From: a virus
Taxonomy: Duplodnaviria; Caudoviricetes
IMG/VR virus record: IMGVR_UViG_3300049203_000028
Location: 1-50,412 of that record
DNA length: 50,412 nucleotides
Direction: 5' to 3' (one strand)
Below are positions 37,607 to 48,077 of the stretch, one piece after another (position 1 is the first letter of the stretch; every line of letters begins with the position of its first letter). The translations under genes were made by a program, and so were the position numbers. The notes beneath the pieces are model-generated. The model saw nothing but the letters and a program-made list of their open reading frames with translations, was not told where the DNA came from and ran no database searches.

Positions 37607-39130
37607 ATGTCCATTCCGGCAAAAAAACTTGTCAACGTTATCCCCGGCGTAATCGCGGCGGGCGGTGCGGCGCTGGCCCTGTCAGGTTTGATCCTGACCG
37701 CGAACACCGCCGTCCCCATCGGCGCGGTACAGCAGTTCTCGACCTCCGACGCGGTGTCGGCGTTCTTTGGCCCGAACAGTACCGAGGCGTCGCTTGCGGC
37801 CGTCTACTTCGCGGGCTTCGACAACTCGACTGCCAAACCGGCAAACCTGCTGTTCTGGCAGTACCCCACCGCCCCCGTGGCCGCATACCTGCGCGGCGGT
37901 TCGGTCGCGACAATGACCCTCACCCAACTGCAGGCGATCCCGTCCGGTACGATGTCCGTCACCGTTGACGGCGTCGTCAAAACATCGTCGTCGATCGCCC
38001 TCGCGACGGCTACCAGCTTCAGCGACGCGGCGAGCAAGATCACTGCGGCGTTCACGGGTGGTCCGACCGTAACGTACGATGCGCAGCGCGCGGCGTTCGT
38101 CGTAACGTCCGGTACGACCGGCGCGACGTCGACGATCACTTTCGCGACCGGCGCGATCGCAACGGCGCTGAACCTGACCCAAGCGTTGGGCGCCGTCACG
38201 TCGCAAGGCGCCATCGCCAGCACGCCGGCCGCCGCGATGACCGCTATCGTCGGTAAGGCGCTGAACTGGGCGGGCTTCATGACCGTGTTCGAACCCGTCA
38301 TCGCCGACAAGATCGCCTTTGCGACCTGGGCGTCGCAACAGGGCGACCGCTTCGCATACGCATGCTGGGATACGGACGTCAACGCGACCGCGCAGGGCAA
38401 CACGACGTGTTTCGGCGCGCAGGCTAAGGCACTGGGCCTGTCCGGCAGTATCGCCCTCACCGCCGATACGAACGTCGCCGCCGACCTGGGCGTCACGATG
38501 CAGTCGATCGCGCAGCCGCTCGCCGCATTCACGCTGGGCTATCTGGCATCGATCGACTTCACGCGTACGAATGGCCGCGTGACGGCCGCGTATCGCAGTC
38601 AAGGCGGTATCGTGCCGGGCGTGACCGACGCAACGGTCGGCGATACGCTGATCGCGAACGGGTACAACTTCTACGGCAATTACGCCACGTCGCAACAGTC
38701 GTTCACCTTCCTGCAACCGGGTCAAATCTCGGGCCGTTTCGACTGGATCGACAGCTTCGCCAATGAAGTGTGGCTCAACGCCAATTTCCAACAAACGCTC
38801 ATGGCGTTCATGGCGGCATCCGGCTCGATCCCGTACAATGCTGCCGGCTACGCGGCAATCGAAACGGTACTCCAAGACCCGATCAATCAAGCGCTCGACT
38901 TCGGCGCGATCCGTGGCGGCGTCTCGCTGTCGGGCTCGCAAATCGTGTCCGTCAACGCGACCGCCGGCCAAAGCATCGATCCCGTGCTGTCGACGCGCGG
39001 TTGGTATCTGAGCATCAAAGACCCCGGCGCATCGGTGCGCGCTGCCCGTGGCACGCCGCAGATGACGTTCTTTTACTGCGATGGCGGTTCGGTCCAACAA
39101 ATGACGCTCGCGTCCCTGATGGTTCAATAA
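37607..39130 (+). CDS. tail sheath protein (DUF3383-like)
   Basis: MSIPAKKLVNVIPGV, YFAGFDNS, NGYNFYG, IPYN, FFYCDGGSVQ. Confidence 0.92.
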   Translation: MSIPAKKLVNVIPGVIAAGGAALALSGLILTANTAVPIGAVQQFSTSDAVSAFFGPNSTEASLAAVYFAGFDNSTAKPANLLFWQYPTAPVAAYLRGGSVATMTLTQLQAIPSGTMSVTVDGVVKTSSSIALATATSFSDAASKITAAFTGGPTVTYDAQRAAFVVTSGTTGATSTITFATGAIATALNLTQALGAVTSQGAIASTPAAAMTAIVGKALNWAGFMTVFEPVIADKIAFATWASQQGDRFAYACWDTDVNATAQGNTTCFGAQAKALGLSGSIALTADTNVAADLGVTMQSIAQPLAAFTLGYLASIDFTRTNGRVTAAYRSQGGIVPGVTDATVGDTLIANGYNFYGNYATSQQSFTFLQPGQISGRFDWIDSFANEVWLNANFQQTLMAFMAASGSIPYNAAGYAAIETVLQDPINQALDFGAIRGGVSLSGSQIVSVNATAGQSIDPVLSTRGWYLSIKDPGASVRAARGTPQMTFFYCDGGSVQQMTLASLMVQ

Positions 39131-39143
39131 GGAGAAATAGACT

Positions 39144-39575
39144 ATGGCAACCCTGACCACTGCAAACAGCGCCGTATCGCTCGCCGTGCGCGGCCTGTTC
39201 CCGGTCCCGCATCACCTGCAGGGCTACGCGGCCGACGATTCGTTCGCGGCCGAGGACGTCAGCCCGACTGAGGTCCAAATGGGTGTTGACGGGCAACTGT
39301 CGGGCGGCTTCGTGCCGTATCCGACCGCGATATCGTTCACGCTGCAGGCGGATAGCCCGAGCCTCGACATGTTCGACTCCGTGCTCGCAGCACAGAACGC
39401 CAACAAGGAAAGTTTCATCTTCGACGGTACGATCATCATCCAGGGCACCGGGGCGAAATACGCCTGCACTAAAGGTTTCCTGACGACCGCGTCGCCGATG
39501 TCGACCGCAAAGAAGACTCTGCAGCCGCGTAAGTTCACGCTGACGTTCCAAAACGTTACGAAGGCTCCGGTGTAA
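39144..39575 (+). CDS. tail tube protein (DUF3277-like)
   Basis: AAGGAG RBS; MGVDGQLSGG, TLQADSPS. Confidence 0.88.
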   Translation: MATLTTANSAVSLAVRGLFPVPHHLQGYAADDSFAAEDVSPTEVQMGVDGQLSGGFVPYPTAISFTLQADSPSLDMFDSVLAAQNANKESFIFDGTIIIQGTGAKYACTKGFLTTASPMSTAKKTLQPRKFTLTFQNVTKAPV

Positions 39576-39577
39576 TC

Positions 39578-40006
39578 ATGGCGCGCAAAGAGATCATCTG
39601 GACTGCCACGGTCGGCCGCGACAAGGGCAAAAAGTTCCAACTCACGGAGATGTCCGCGCGCGCCGGCCATGCCTGGGCAACCCGGCTGCTACTGGCCCTG
39701 ATGGGCTCGGGCGTGGAGATCGACGAGGACGTCGCCGAACGCGGTCTCGCAGGGCTGGCAACGGTCGCCCTGACGGCTGTCGGCAAGGTCCAATCGGCGG
39801 TCGCGCTGCCTCTGCTCGACGAACTGCTCGGGTGCGTGATGTCCGTCCAGGAAAAGGGCGTGCGCAAATGGATCGACGATGACTTCGAAGAGGTCGCCAC
39901 GATCTTCCAGTTGCAAAAGGCCGTCTTCGATCTGCACGTCGAGCCTTTTACTTCCGGCGGCCTGTTGACTTCGGCGTCCACGAAGGAACCAGCAACCGCC
40001 GACTGA
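39578..40006 (+). CDS. tail assembly chaperone (gpG-like)
   Basis: GRDKGKKFQLTEMSA; lies between tube and tape measure genes. Confidence 0.8.
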   Translation: MARKEIIWTATVGRDKGKKFQLTEMSARAGHAWATRLLLALMGSGVEIDEDVAERGLAGLATVALTAVGKVQSAVALPLLDELLGCVMSVQEKGVRKWIDDDFEEVATIFQLQKAVFDLHVEPFTSGGLLTSASTKEPATAD

Positions 40007-40179
40007 TCAACTACGAAAATGTGCCGGCGACAATCGGCACGGTCGTATCGAGAGGTCTTGCGACTCTACACGAATTGGACACCGTGTACGGGACGCAAGA
40101 CCTTTACGACATGTTGGAAATCATCGCCGTTGACGCGCATAACGAGCGTGTGTCGCGGCAGGCACAAGGCGCAAAATGA
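40000..40179 (+). CDS. tail assembly chaperone extension (gpT-like; -1 frame, or GTG start at 40021)
   Basis: RLINYENVPATIGTVVSRGLATLHELDTVYGTQDLYDMLEII...; ATGA overlap with tape measure gene. Confidence 0.7.
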   Translation, partial: RLINYENVPATIGTVVSRGLATLHELDTVYGTQDLYDMLEIIAVDAHNERVSRQAQGAK

Positions 40180-42137
40180 GCACAACAGTTATCGACGCAT
40201 TCGTGACGACGCTCGGCCTGGACGGAACGCTGTTCCGAAAGGGCATGAAGGACGCGGAGAACGCACAAGACAAGCTCGACAAGAACACGAAGCGCATCAA
40301 CCGCGATCGCGAGAAGTCCGAGCAGGAAGCCGCAAAGGCGCGCGAGAAGCGCCAAAAGCAAATCGACGAGCAGGGCAAACGTAGCGTCGAGGGCTACAAG
40401 AAGGTCCGCAACGAACTCCTTGCGATCGGCGCTATTTTTACGGCCGGCGTCGGCATCAAAGACTTCCTGACGAACACGATCAACACCGCCGCGAACCTGG
40501 GCTACCTGTCGCAAAACCTGCGCATGTCGACCGAGGACTTGACGTCGTGGCAGCGCGCCAGTGAGCGTGCAGGCGGCAGCGCGGAAGGCATCATCGGCCA
40601 GTTGAAGGAGTCGGCCGAGACGCTCGCGGCGTTCAAGTCAGGCATGGGTCCGAACGAGGGTTTGCAATCGTTCTTCCGGTGGGGCGGCAAACCCGAAGAC
40701 CTGAAGGACGGCAATACTTACCTGCTCGCGCGCTCGCGCATCATCTCGGAAATGTTCAAGCGCGACCCGGCGCAAGCATCCGTGATCGCGAAACAGATGG
40801 GCGTCGCAGAAGATCAATTCAACTTCCTGAAGCAAGGTCCGGACGCGGTGATGGACCTCGTGCGCGCGCAGGAAAAGAACGCCGCCATCACCGCGAAGGA
40901 CGCCGCCGAAGCGCTCAAACTAAAGAACCGATTGCTTGACCTGCGCGACAGCTTGACGTCCACGGGGACGCGCATCGCCGTCCAGTTAATCCCGCTTATC
41001 GACATGATGGTCGAAAGGCTGACCAAATTGTCGCAATGGGCGATCGACCACAAGGACGATATTGCGCGCTGGGTCGACAACATGACCGTGTGGATCAAGG
41101 ACTTCGTGAAGACGGCCGACAGCGCAGCGGAGGCGGTCGGGGGCTGGAAGAACGTCTTGATCGGGCTAGCTGCGTTCAAGGCGTTGTCGATGGCTGCCAG
41201 CTTCGTGACGCTCGCCGGGTCGCTCGTGCAACTTGCTGGCGGACTGTCCGCCGTTGCTGCAGGTGGGGGCGCGTTGAGCGTGCTCGCAGGGCTTGCCGCT
41301 GCCGGCCTGGGCGGCGCGCTGGGTTACGGCGTCGGTACGGTCATCAGTAAAAACCTAAGCGACGAGACCAACAACAGCATCGGGCGCGGCATCGCGAAGG
41401 TTCTCGCGAAACTGGGCGTAAAGAGCGCACAAGAAGCGCTCGACAACGAGGCGGCCGCCAGCGTGGCGCAACGATCGGCGTCGGGAAAGATCAAACCCAT
41501 GCCGAAGAAGTCATCCGACCCGAAGCCCGTCGTCGATAAGTTGGTGGGCATGGGCTGGACGTCCGAGCAGGCCGCAGGGATCGCTGCAAGCTTCATGCAA
41601 GAAAGCAACCTCGACCCAACCGCGCGCAACTCCACATCGGGTGCTTACGGCATCGGGCAATGGCTCGGCTCGCGCGTGGCCGACTTTAAAGAGTTCACCG
41701 GGCGCGATCTCGTCGGATCGTCGTTGGAGGACCAACTGAGGTTCTTCCAGCACGAGGTTACCAATGGCAAGGAGAAGCGCGCGGGGAACATGCTACGGGC
41801 CGCCAAAACGGCCGAGGACGCCGCGCGCATCCATTCCGAGGCGTATGAGCGTCCAGGCGCTGAAGAAGCCAACATCGACCGTCGTAAGCGCCTTGCCGCG
41901 CAACTGGCGGCGAGCGGCCGCGCAGCCAACGCCGCGACGGTGGGGTCGATCCCTGCAGGTGCGGCCGCCAGCGTGCCGAACAGCGTGACATCGACCAGCA
42001 CGTCGAAAAGCGAAGTCACCATCGGCAACATCAACATCCAGACGCAAGCCACGGACGCGCAGGGCGTCGCGACCGCGATCCGGCCCGCCGTGGAGAAATA
42101 CACGTTCGCGTCGCAGGCAAACACGGGGGTCCGGTAA
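40176..42137 (+). CDS. tape measure protein with C-terminal tail lysozyme domain
   Basis: Helical Ala/Gly-rich body; AAGIAASFMQESNLDP...AYGIGQWLGSR...YERP. Confidence 0.9.
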   Translation: MSTTVIDAFVTTLGLDGTLFRKGMKDAENAQDKLDKNTKRINRDREKSEQEAAKAREKRQKQIDEQGKRSVEGYKKVRNELLAIGAIFTAGVGIKDFLTNTINTAANLGYLSQNLRMSTEDLTSWQRASERAGGSAEGIIGQLKESAETLAAFKSGMGPNEGLQSFFRWGGKPEDLKDGNTYLLARSRIISEMFKRDPAQASVIAKQMGVAEDQFNFLKQGPDAVMDLVRAQEKNAAITAKDAAEALKLKNRLLDLRDSLTSTGTRIAVQLIPLIDMMVERLTKLSQWAIDHKDDIARWVDNMTVWIKDFVKTADSAAEAVGGWKNVLIGLAAFKALSMAASFVTLAGSLVQLAGGLSAVAAGGGALSVLAGLAAAGLGGALGYGVGTVISKNLSDETNNSIGRGIAKVLAKLGVKSAQEALDNEAAASVAQRSASGKIKPMPKKSSDPKPVVDKLVGMGWTSEQAAGIAASFMQESNLDPTARNSTSGAYGIGQWLGSRVADFKEFTGRDLVGSSLEDQLRFFQHEVTNGKEKRAGNMLRAAKTAEDAARIHSEAYERPGAEEANIDRRKRLAAQLAASGRAANAATVGSIPAGAAASVPNSVTSTSTSKSEVTIGNINIQTQATDAQGVATAIRPAVEKYTFASQANTGVR

Positions 42138-42776
42138 ATGGCAATCGACATCATCCCAAAATCACTTTATCCCGTTGTGCCGCAGGCGCTCGGCGTGCCG
42201 GCATTGCTGCGCGGCGGGGCGCAAATCCTGGACACGATCACGCTCGGGCAATTCGGCATCAGTGATGCCCTGTCCAGCGCGATCGGCGTGGACGTGACGA
42301 AATGGGGCGTGTTCGACTCGGGCGGGAACTCGATCGGCGATTACGATTCCATGTTCGCGGTGAACTACCGCAACGAGTCGCGTATCTCAGATTACCCCGT
42401 TGAGGGCGGGTCGTTCGCGGCATACAACAAGGTCGACAATCCGTTCGACGTGATGGTGACGCTCAATTGCGGCGGCGACGAGGCACGGCGCGCGAACTTC
42501 CTCGCGGCAGTAGAAGCGGCGCGGGGGTCGCTCGACCTGTACACCGTGATCACGCCCGAATACACGTTCAAGAACGTCAATTTCGTCGGCGTCGATTATT
42601 CGCGCAGCGTGCGCGACGGCGCGTACATGTTGAGCGTCCAGATGTACGGGCGCGAGGTTCGCGAAATCTCGGCGTCGTATTCATCACCGAAAGATTCGGA
42701 GGTTTCCGACATGCTGAACCAAGGCATGATCCAGACCGTCGACGATCCGAGCATCGATACATCGGGGGTTGCATGA
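42138..42776 (+). CDS. baseplate tube-initiator/Dit-like protein
   Basis: ISDYPVEGGSFAAYNKVDNP, VITPEYTF. Confidence 0.8.
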   Translation: MAIDIIPKSLYPVVPQALGVPALLRGGAQILDTITLGQFGISDALSSAIGVDVTKWGVFDSGGNSIGDYDSMFAVNYRNESRISDYPVEGGSFAAYNKVDNPFDVMVTLNCGGDEARRANFLAAVEAARGSLDLYTVITPEYTFKNVNFVGVDYSRSVRDGAYMLSVQMYGREVREISASYSSPKDSEVSDMLNQGMIQTVDDPSIDTSGVA

Positions 42777-43063
42777 CGATTCGCATTCCAACCGTTGCCA
42801 CGGCAAACCAGACCCTTACGGTCACGCTCGGCGGGCAACTGTGCAAGATCACCATCATTCAGCGTAACGGGCTCGTTTATCTATCGCTTACCGCGAACAA
42901 CGTCCCCGTGATAGACACGCGCATGTGCCGCGACCGTACAAAACTCGTGCGGGGCGCTCACCTGGGCTTTAGCGGCGACCTTGCGTTCGTCGACACGCAG
43001 GGGGCGAGCGACCCGGATTACACGGGCTTCGGAACGCGCTATCAACTGGTCTACCTGCCATGA
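42773..43063 (+). CDS. small baseplate protein
   Basis: ATGA overlaps; FSGDLAFVDTQGASDPDYTGFGTRYQLVY. Confidence 0.8.
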   Translation: MTIRIPTVATANQTLTVTLGGQLCKITIIQRNGLVYLSLTANNVPVIDTRMCRDRTKLVRGAHLGFSGDLAFVDTQGASDPDYTGFGTRYQLVYLP

Positions 43064-43914
43064 CGACACGCAAAGCAATCGAACTTACGATCACGCTCGG
43101 CACGGGGACGTTCGGCGAGGACGTTGGCGACACGGTCACGCTGTCGGGCTTTCGCGTGACCGTCGATGTCTCGCAACCTGGGGGCGACTCGATGGGCATG
43201 TGTCAGGTCCGCGTGTACGGCCTGCGCGCTGACATGATGAACCGGCTAACGACGATCGGCCCCGTCAATACCGCGATCAAGGCGAAGAACTCGATTCTGA
43301 TCGCGGCGGGCGACGAGGGCGGCGCAATGAACGTCGTGTTCAGCGGGACCATATTCGACGCCTGGGCGGACTACAACAACGCGCCCGACGTGCCCTTCAA
43401 CATCCTTGGGTATGCGGGCCTGGACTCGGCAGTCAAGCCCGTCAACGCGACCAGCTACAAAGGTTCTGTCGACGTCGCAACCATCCTGCAAGAAATCGCA
43501 ACCGGCGACATGGGTTTGACGTTCGAAAACAACGGCGTCAGCGTCCAACTCACCAACCCTTATTTCTCGGGCTCGTCGCTCGACAAGGTGCGCGCCATAA
43601 CGGCAGCGGGCGGCATCAACTGGGCGATAGATCGCGGCGTGCTGGCGATCTGGCCGGACGAAACCGCGCGACAGGGCGACACCCCTAACATCTCCCCGGA
43701 AACCGGCATGGTGGGATATCCAGCCCTGTCGAGTAAAGGCATGACTGTTAGAATGCTTTTCAATCCGCGCGTGACGATCGGGCGTGACGTCCAGGTGCAA
43801 AGCGCAATCCCGATGGCGTGCGGAAAATGGCGGGTCTTCAGCGTGGCGCACAACCTTTCTTGCGTCGCCCCCGGTGGCCCATGGTTCACTATCGCGGACG
43901 TCTACAATGCCTGA
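43060..43914 (+). CDS. baseplate hub protein
   Basis: VYGL, IAAGD, ISPETGMVGYP. Confidence 0.82.
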   Translation: MTTRKAIELTITLGTGTFGEDVGDTVTLSGFRVTVDVSQPGGDSMGMCQVRVYGLRADMMNRLTTIGPVNTAIKAKNSILIAAGDEGGAMNVVFSGTIFDAWADYNNAPDVPFNILGYAGLDSAVKPVNATSYKGSVDVATILQEIATGDMGLTFENNGVSVQLTNPYFSGSSLDKVRAITAAGGINWAIDRGVLAIWPDETARQGDTPNISPETGMVGYPALSSKGMTVRMLFNPRVTIGRDVQVQSAIPMACGKWRVFSVAHNLSCVAPGGPWFTIADVYNA

Positions 43915-44671
43915 CATCGACGGTTATTACGGTACGCAGAAGCCGACAGCGGGATCGAGCGAATACAACGCGATGATGTTCGTTGTGCGGTCCCTTATGG
44001 AGCAGAACAACCACGTCGCATTGGTCAAGGTGGTCAACGTCGACGCGCCGGGCGGGCTCGCATTGGCGGGCACGGTGGATGTGCAACCGCTCGTCAACCA
44101 GATCGACGGGCAGGGGCGGCCGGTTCCGCACGCCGTCGTAAACGGTATCCCATATCATCGGCTGCAGGGCGGCAAGAACGGCGTGATCATCGACCCGCAA
44201 GTCAACGATATCGGCCTGTGCGTGTTCGCGGATCGCGACACGTCGTCGGCCATGGTGAACAAGGATCAAGCCAACCCCGGCAGCTTGCGGCGCAACAGCA
44301 TGTCGGATGGCTTCTACTTCGGCGGCGTGTTGAACGCGATCCCCGAACAGTACGTCATGTTCCTTGAAACCGGCATCACGATCGTATCGCCGCACAAGAT
44401 CACCATGCAAGCGCCTGAGATCGACCTTGTAGCCCCCGTGATCAGCATGCAGGCCGACACGTCGATTACGGCCACGACGCCGATATTCACCATTAACGGC
44501 GATCTGCACGCGACGGGCAAATCCGACCTCGACGGCGACGTGACGTCGCAAGGGCTCGTCAAAGCGCCGAACGTTCAAGGTACGGTCGACGTTACGTTCG
44601 GCGGTAAATCTGGCATCGGACACATCCACACGGGTGGCACGATCAGCGGCAAAACGGGAACACCTGTATGA
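43907..44671 (+). CDS. baseplate central spike (gpV/gp138-like)
   Basis: VDVQPLV, DPQVNDIG...ADRD; C-terminal HxH (HIH) metal-binding tip. Confidence 0.88.
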   Translation: MPDIDGYYGTQKPTAGSSEYNAMMFVVRSLMEQNNHVALVKVVNVDAPGGLALAGTVDVQPLVNQIDGQGRPVPHAVVNGIPYHRLQGGKNGVIIDPQVNDIGLCVFADRDTSSAMVNKDQANPGSLRRNSMSDGFYFGGVLNAIPEQYVMFLETGITIVSPHKITMQAPEIDLVAPVISMQADTSITATTPIFTINGDLHATGKSDLDGDVTSQGLVKAPNVQGTVDVTFGGKSGIGHIHTGGTISGKTGTPV

Positions 44672-45018
44672 AAACTCTTCTACTCGATACCGATGCTTGG
44701 GACTTGGTGCTCGACATCGGCGGGAACATCGCAGTTGCGAGCGAACCTTACGCACTGGCGCAGGACGTGGCAAGCGCTGTCCGCGTCAACCTGGGCGAAC
44801 TGTGGTACGACACGACGCAAGGCGTAGCGTACACTGGGCAGATTTTGGGTAAGGTGCCGAACTTGCAGTTCATCAAGTCGCAGGTCGAAACGGCCGCACT
44901 GTCCGTCCCCGGCATCGTCAAGGCTAAATGCAGTTTCGCGCAGTTCAGCAACAACGTCTTGACGGGGCAAGTCCTCGTGACCGATGCGAACGGTATCGCA
45001 AATAACGTCTCTTTTTAA
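44668..45018 (+). CDS. baseplate wedge/sheath initiator protein
   Basis: WDLVLD...GELWYDTTQG. Confidence 0.8.
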   Translation: MKTLLLDTDAWDLVLDIGGNIAVASEPYALAQDVASAVRVNLGELWYDTTQGVAYTGQILGKVPNLQFIKSQVETAALSVPGIVKAKCSFAQFSNNVLTGQVLVTDANGIANNVSF

Positions 45019-45027
45019 GGAAAAACC

Positions 45028-46251
45028 ATGAGCGGAGAAACCAGCGTCCCGCCGATCAAATTTACGTCGACGGGGCTCGTCCTGCCGGACGACGCTACGA
45101 TCCGCGCGGGCATCATGGCGGACATGAACGCCGCGTTCGGCGGCAACTTGAATCCGTCGTTGTCGACGCCTCAAGGGCAACTCATGAGCAGCTACGCGGC
45201 GATCCTGTCGCAGAAGAACGCGGACTTCGCCTACTTCGTGAATCAGATCGACCCTGCGAACGCGGACGGCCCAATGCAAGACGCGCTCGGGCGCATCTAT
45301 TTCATGACCCGCAACCCGGCAACGTCGACCGTCGTCCAGGTGTCTTGCCTGGGCAAACAGGGTGTCGTAATCCCGGTCGGTGCGCTCGTGCAAGATGTCA
45401 ACGGCAACGTGTACGCATGCACGAGCGCCGGAACCATCCCGTCGTCGGGAACGATCACGTTGCCGTTTGCAGCGCTCCAGACCGGCCCGATTGCATGCCC
45501 CGCTAATGCGATCGCGGGGTCGCCGTACCGCTCTATTCCGGGGTGGGACCGGGCCGTCAACAATACGGACGGCGTGCCGGGAACGCTCGTCGAGAACCGC
45601 GCGGACTTCGAATACCGCCGACAGCAGTCCGTCGCCGTCAATGCTCGCGGTTCGCTGCCAGCCATCTACGCCAATGTCTTTTCAGTGGCAGGCGTTACGG
45701 ACGCGTACGTGACCGAGAACGTCACCGACGACCTGATCACGGTCGGCGCGACGAGCTACGACCTTTTGCCACATTCGATCTATGTCGCAGTCGTGGGCGG
45801 TAGCGATGCGAACGTTGCCACAGCCATTTGGCAGCGCAAGGACGGCGGGTCCAACTACAACGGCAACACGACCGTTTCCGTTCAAGACCCGTCCGGCTAT
45901 AGCAACCCCGTGCCGACCTACAACGTAACCTTTCAGCGCCCGACGAACACTCACGTCTACTTCACGATCAACGTCCAGAACCTGGGCGGCCAGAACAATG
46001 CAACGATCCAAGCGGCGATCCAATCGGCGGTCATCAGCGCGTTCAATGGTGGCGACGGTGGCCAGCGTGCGCGCATCGGTTCGACGATCTTCGCAAGTCG
46101 ATTCTTTGCCGCGATTGCGGGCGTCGGCCCGATTGCGATTCTCGGGGTTACTATTGGCAAAAGCGCATCGCCGGTTGGCGCATCAGTGACGATGGGTATC
46201 GACGAGGCGCCGACTATCGCTTCGCAAAACATCGTTGTAATTTTCTCGTAA
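45028..46251 (+). CDS. baseplate J-like wedge protein
   Basis: TPQGQL, QDALGRIYF, PHSIYVAVVGG. Confidence 0.9.
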   Translation: MSGETSVPPIKFTSTGLVLPDDATIRAGIMADMNAAFGGNLNPSLSTPQGQLMSSYAAILSQKNADFAYFVNQIDPANADGPMQDALGRIYFMTRNPATSTVVQVSCLGKQGVVIPVGALVQDVNGNVYACTSAGTIPSSGTITLPFAALQTGPIACPANAIAGSPYRSIPGWDRAVNNTDGVPGTLVENRADFEYRRQQSVAVNARGSLPAIYANVFSVAGVTDAYVTENVTDDLITVGATSYDLLPHSIYVAVVGGSDANVATAIWQRKDGGSNYNGNTTVSVQDPSGYSNPVPTYNVTFQRPTNTHVYFTINVQNLGGQNNATIQAAIQSAVISAFNGGDGGQRARIGSTIFASRFFAAIAGVGPIAILGVTIGKSASPVGASVTMGIDEAPTIASQNIVVIFS

Positions 46252-46263
46252 AGGTAAGTCCAA

Positions 46264-48060
46264 ATGGTTAGCATCGACACTCGTCAACTGCAATTGGTTC
46301 CCCTGACACACGCGCAGGTCGACCAAAACTTTATCAACCTGAAGGATGCCGTTGAAGCCCTTCAATCGTCGGCCCAAGACTTTTCGACGCTGCTGTCGTC
46401 GGGTTCTGGTTCCACCGTAATCGGCGACATTCAGGACGGAGTCGGCGCGGTCCCCCGAACCGTACACGATGAATTGCGGTCGTACGTCCGCCCTGAACAG
46501 TTCGGAGCGGACCCTGCGTCGTCTAACAATTTGGCTGCGATACAGGCCGCCATCAACGAAGTTTATGCGCGCGGCGGCGGTCAAGTTATTTTCGGCCCTA
46601 ATAAATACCAAGTATCGGGCGCGATAGTGCTGTACAGCAAAGTCGAGATGGTTGGCGAAGGGTCGGCCGCTACGATAATTCAGCAGAACGATCTCGCGTC
46701 GCCCCTGGTTAAATCTTATGGTTTCGACGGTTTTACCGGAACGAATAATTCTGGCGGTATTCGCAGGTCAGCGTTACGAGGCTTGACGTTGCAGGGTACG
46801 CTGTCGGGATCGGTTCCGGCCGGCGAAACCACGCAACACGGCGTATCTATCTATGGTTACGGCTGCTGTTTCGAAGACGTTCACGCGCGATATTTCGGCG
46901 GCCTCGGGTTTTACACGGAATGGGCCAACCCTGGGACCGCGCCTGATTCCGGCTATTACGACGGCTTTGTCGAAAACCATTACTTATTTCTGAAGTCCTA
47001 TATGAACGGCCTTTCGGGAATCAAGTGCGCCGGCCCAAATGACGGCCAGTGGGTTTGCCCCATCGCCTACGACAACAACCTGAACGATACCGGCGCGGAT
47101 AAGCCCAACGTGCATGTGACGACCAAAGGTAACCCGCAACACTTCGACCAACTTCACGCTTGGGGCAATTCCTCTGGCGTGGCGTTGCTGGCGGAAGGTA
47201 GCGTTCATTGTTCGAATTGCGCATTGGAAGGCGCTGGCGCGGTGCAACTCAAGATCAAGACGGGGGAAGTCACCTACGAAGGTGGGATGATCTTCGCCGC
47301 AGGTGCATCGTCATCGATCGGCATGCAGTTTGTGGGCGGCCCCGGCGTGTGCATCGGATACACCATCAACACGACGATCGAGGGTTGCAACGGTGGCTCG
47401 GTCGACTTCGGAACCGGGATTGACGCGCACAAGATCAGCCTGCGCGCATACCAGACATCCGGTACGGTTCAACTCGGCACGGTTCCGACGGCCGGTGCTG
47501 GCAAGTCGTATTCGATCGATATGAGCGGTGGCGCGAACAATCGTGGGTCGACTCAGCGGTCGTATAGCTCCGTGGCGACAAACTTTTCGGTTACGGGTAC
47601 TGGCGACGTCGGGTTCGAATACGCAGACCACGGGGGCGAGGGGATGATTGCAATGCCTCAACGGAAGACCGAGCCTGCAGCGAATTACGTCCCGCCTAGC
47701 GGCCTCGTCGGGTGTGCCCGCGTAAATGCCGCTAAGTACTGGCAGTCCAGCGGAAACGTTGGGGCTGTCATGGGTGAACCTCAAACCCCAGTCACGCCGG
47801 CCGACAACCTGGACTTTTCCAACTACCAGACGGTGACGCTCGCGGCGGCGGCATCTCCCGTCACGATCAACAACTTCGCAAACGGCTTGAACGGTTCGCC
47901 GATGTTCCTCGGGATGCCCACCGGGGGCGCAGAAATCACGCTCACGACGACCGGGAACATCCGGTCGAAGTCCGGGGCCAACATCACGCGATCGGGTCTC
48001 GGGTCGGCTATCACGCTCTGTTTCATCAAGCGGCGTGACGGTAATTATTACCAAGTCTGA
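46264..48060 (+). CDS. tailspike/polysaccharide depolymerase-like beta-helix protein
   Basis: VRPEQFGA...AAIQAAIN...GGGQVIFG..Y (pectate lyase 3-like start); N-terminal PLTHAQVDQNFINL. Confidence 0.75.
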   Translation: MVSIDTRQLQLVPLTHAQVDQNFINLKDAVEALQSSAQDFSTLLSSGSGSTVIGDIQDGVGAVPRTVHDELRSYVRPEQFGADPASSNNLAAIQAAINEVYARGGGQVIFGPNKYQVSGAIVLYSKVEMVGEGSAATIIQQNDLASPLVKSYGFDGFTGTNNSGGIRRSALRGLTLQGTLSGSVPAGETTQHGVSIYGYGCCFEDVHARYFGGLGFYTEWANPGTAPDSGYYDGFVENHYLFLKSYMNGLSGIKCAGPNDGQWVCPIAYDNNLNDTGADKPNVHVTTKGNPQHFDQLHAWGNSSGVALLAEGSVHCSNCALEGAGAVQLKIKTGEVTYEGGMIFAAGASSSIGMQFVGGPGVCIGYTINTTIEGCNGGSVDFGTGIDAHKISLRAYQTSGTVQLGTVPTAGAGKSYSIDMSGGANNRGSTQRSYSSVATNFSVTGTGDVGFEYADHGGEGMIAMPQRKTEPAANYVPPSGLVGCARVNAAKYWQSSGNVGAVMGEPQTPVTPADNLDFSNYQTVTLAAAASPVTINNFANGLNGSPMFLGMPTGGAEITLTTTGNIRSKSGANITRSGLGSAITLCFIKRRDGNYYQV

Positions 48061-48077
48061 TAAACCTACCCTACACC

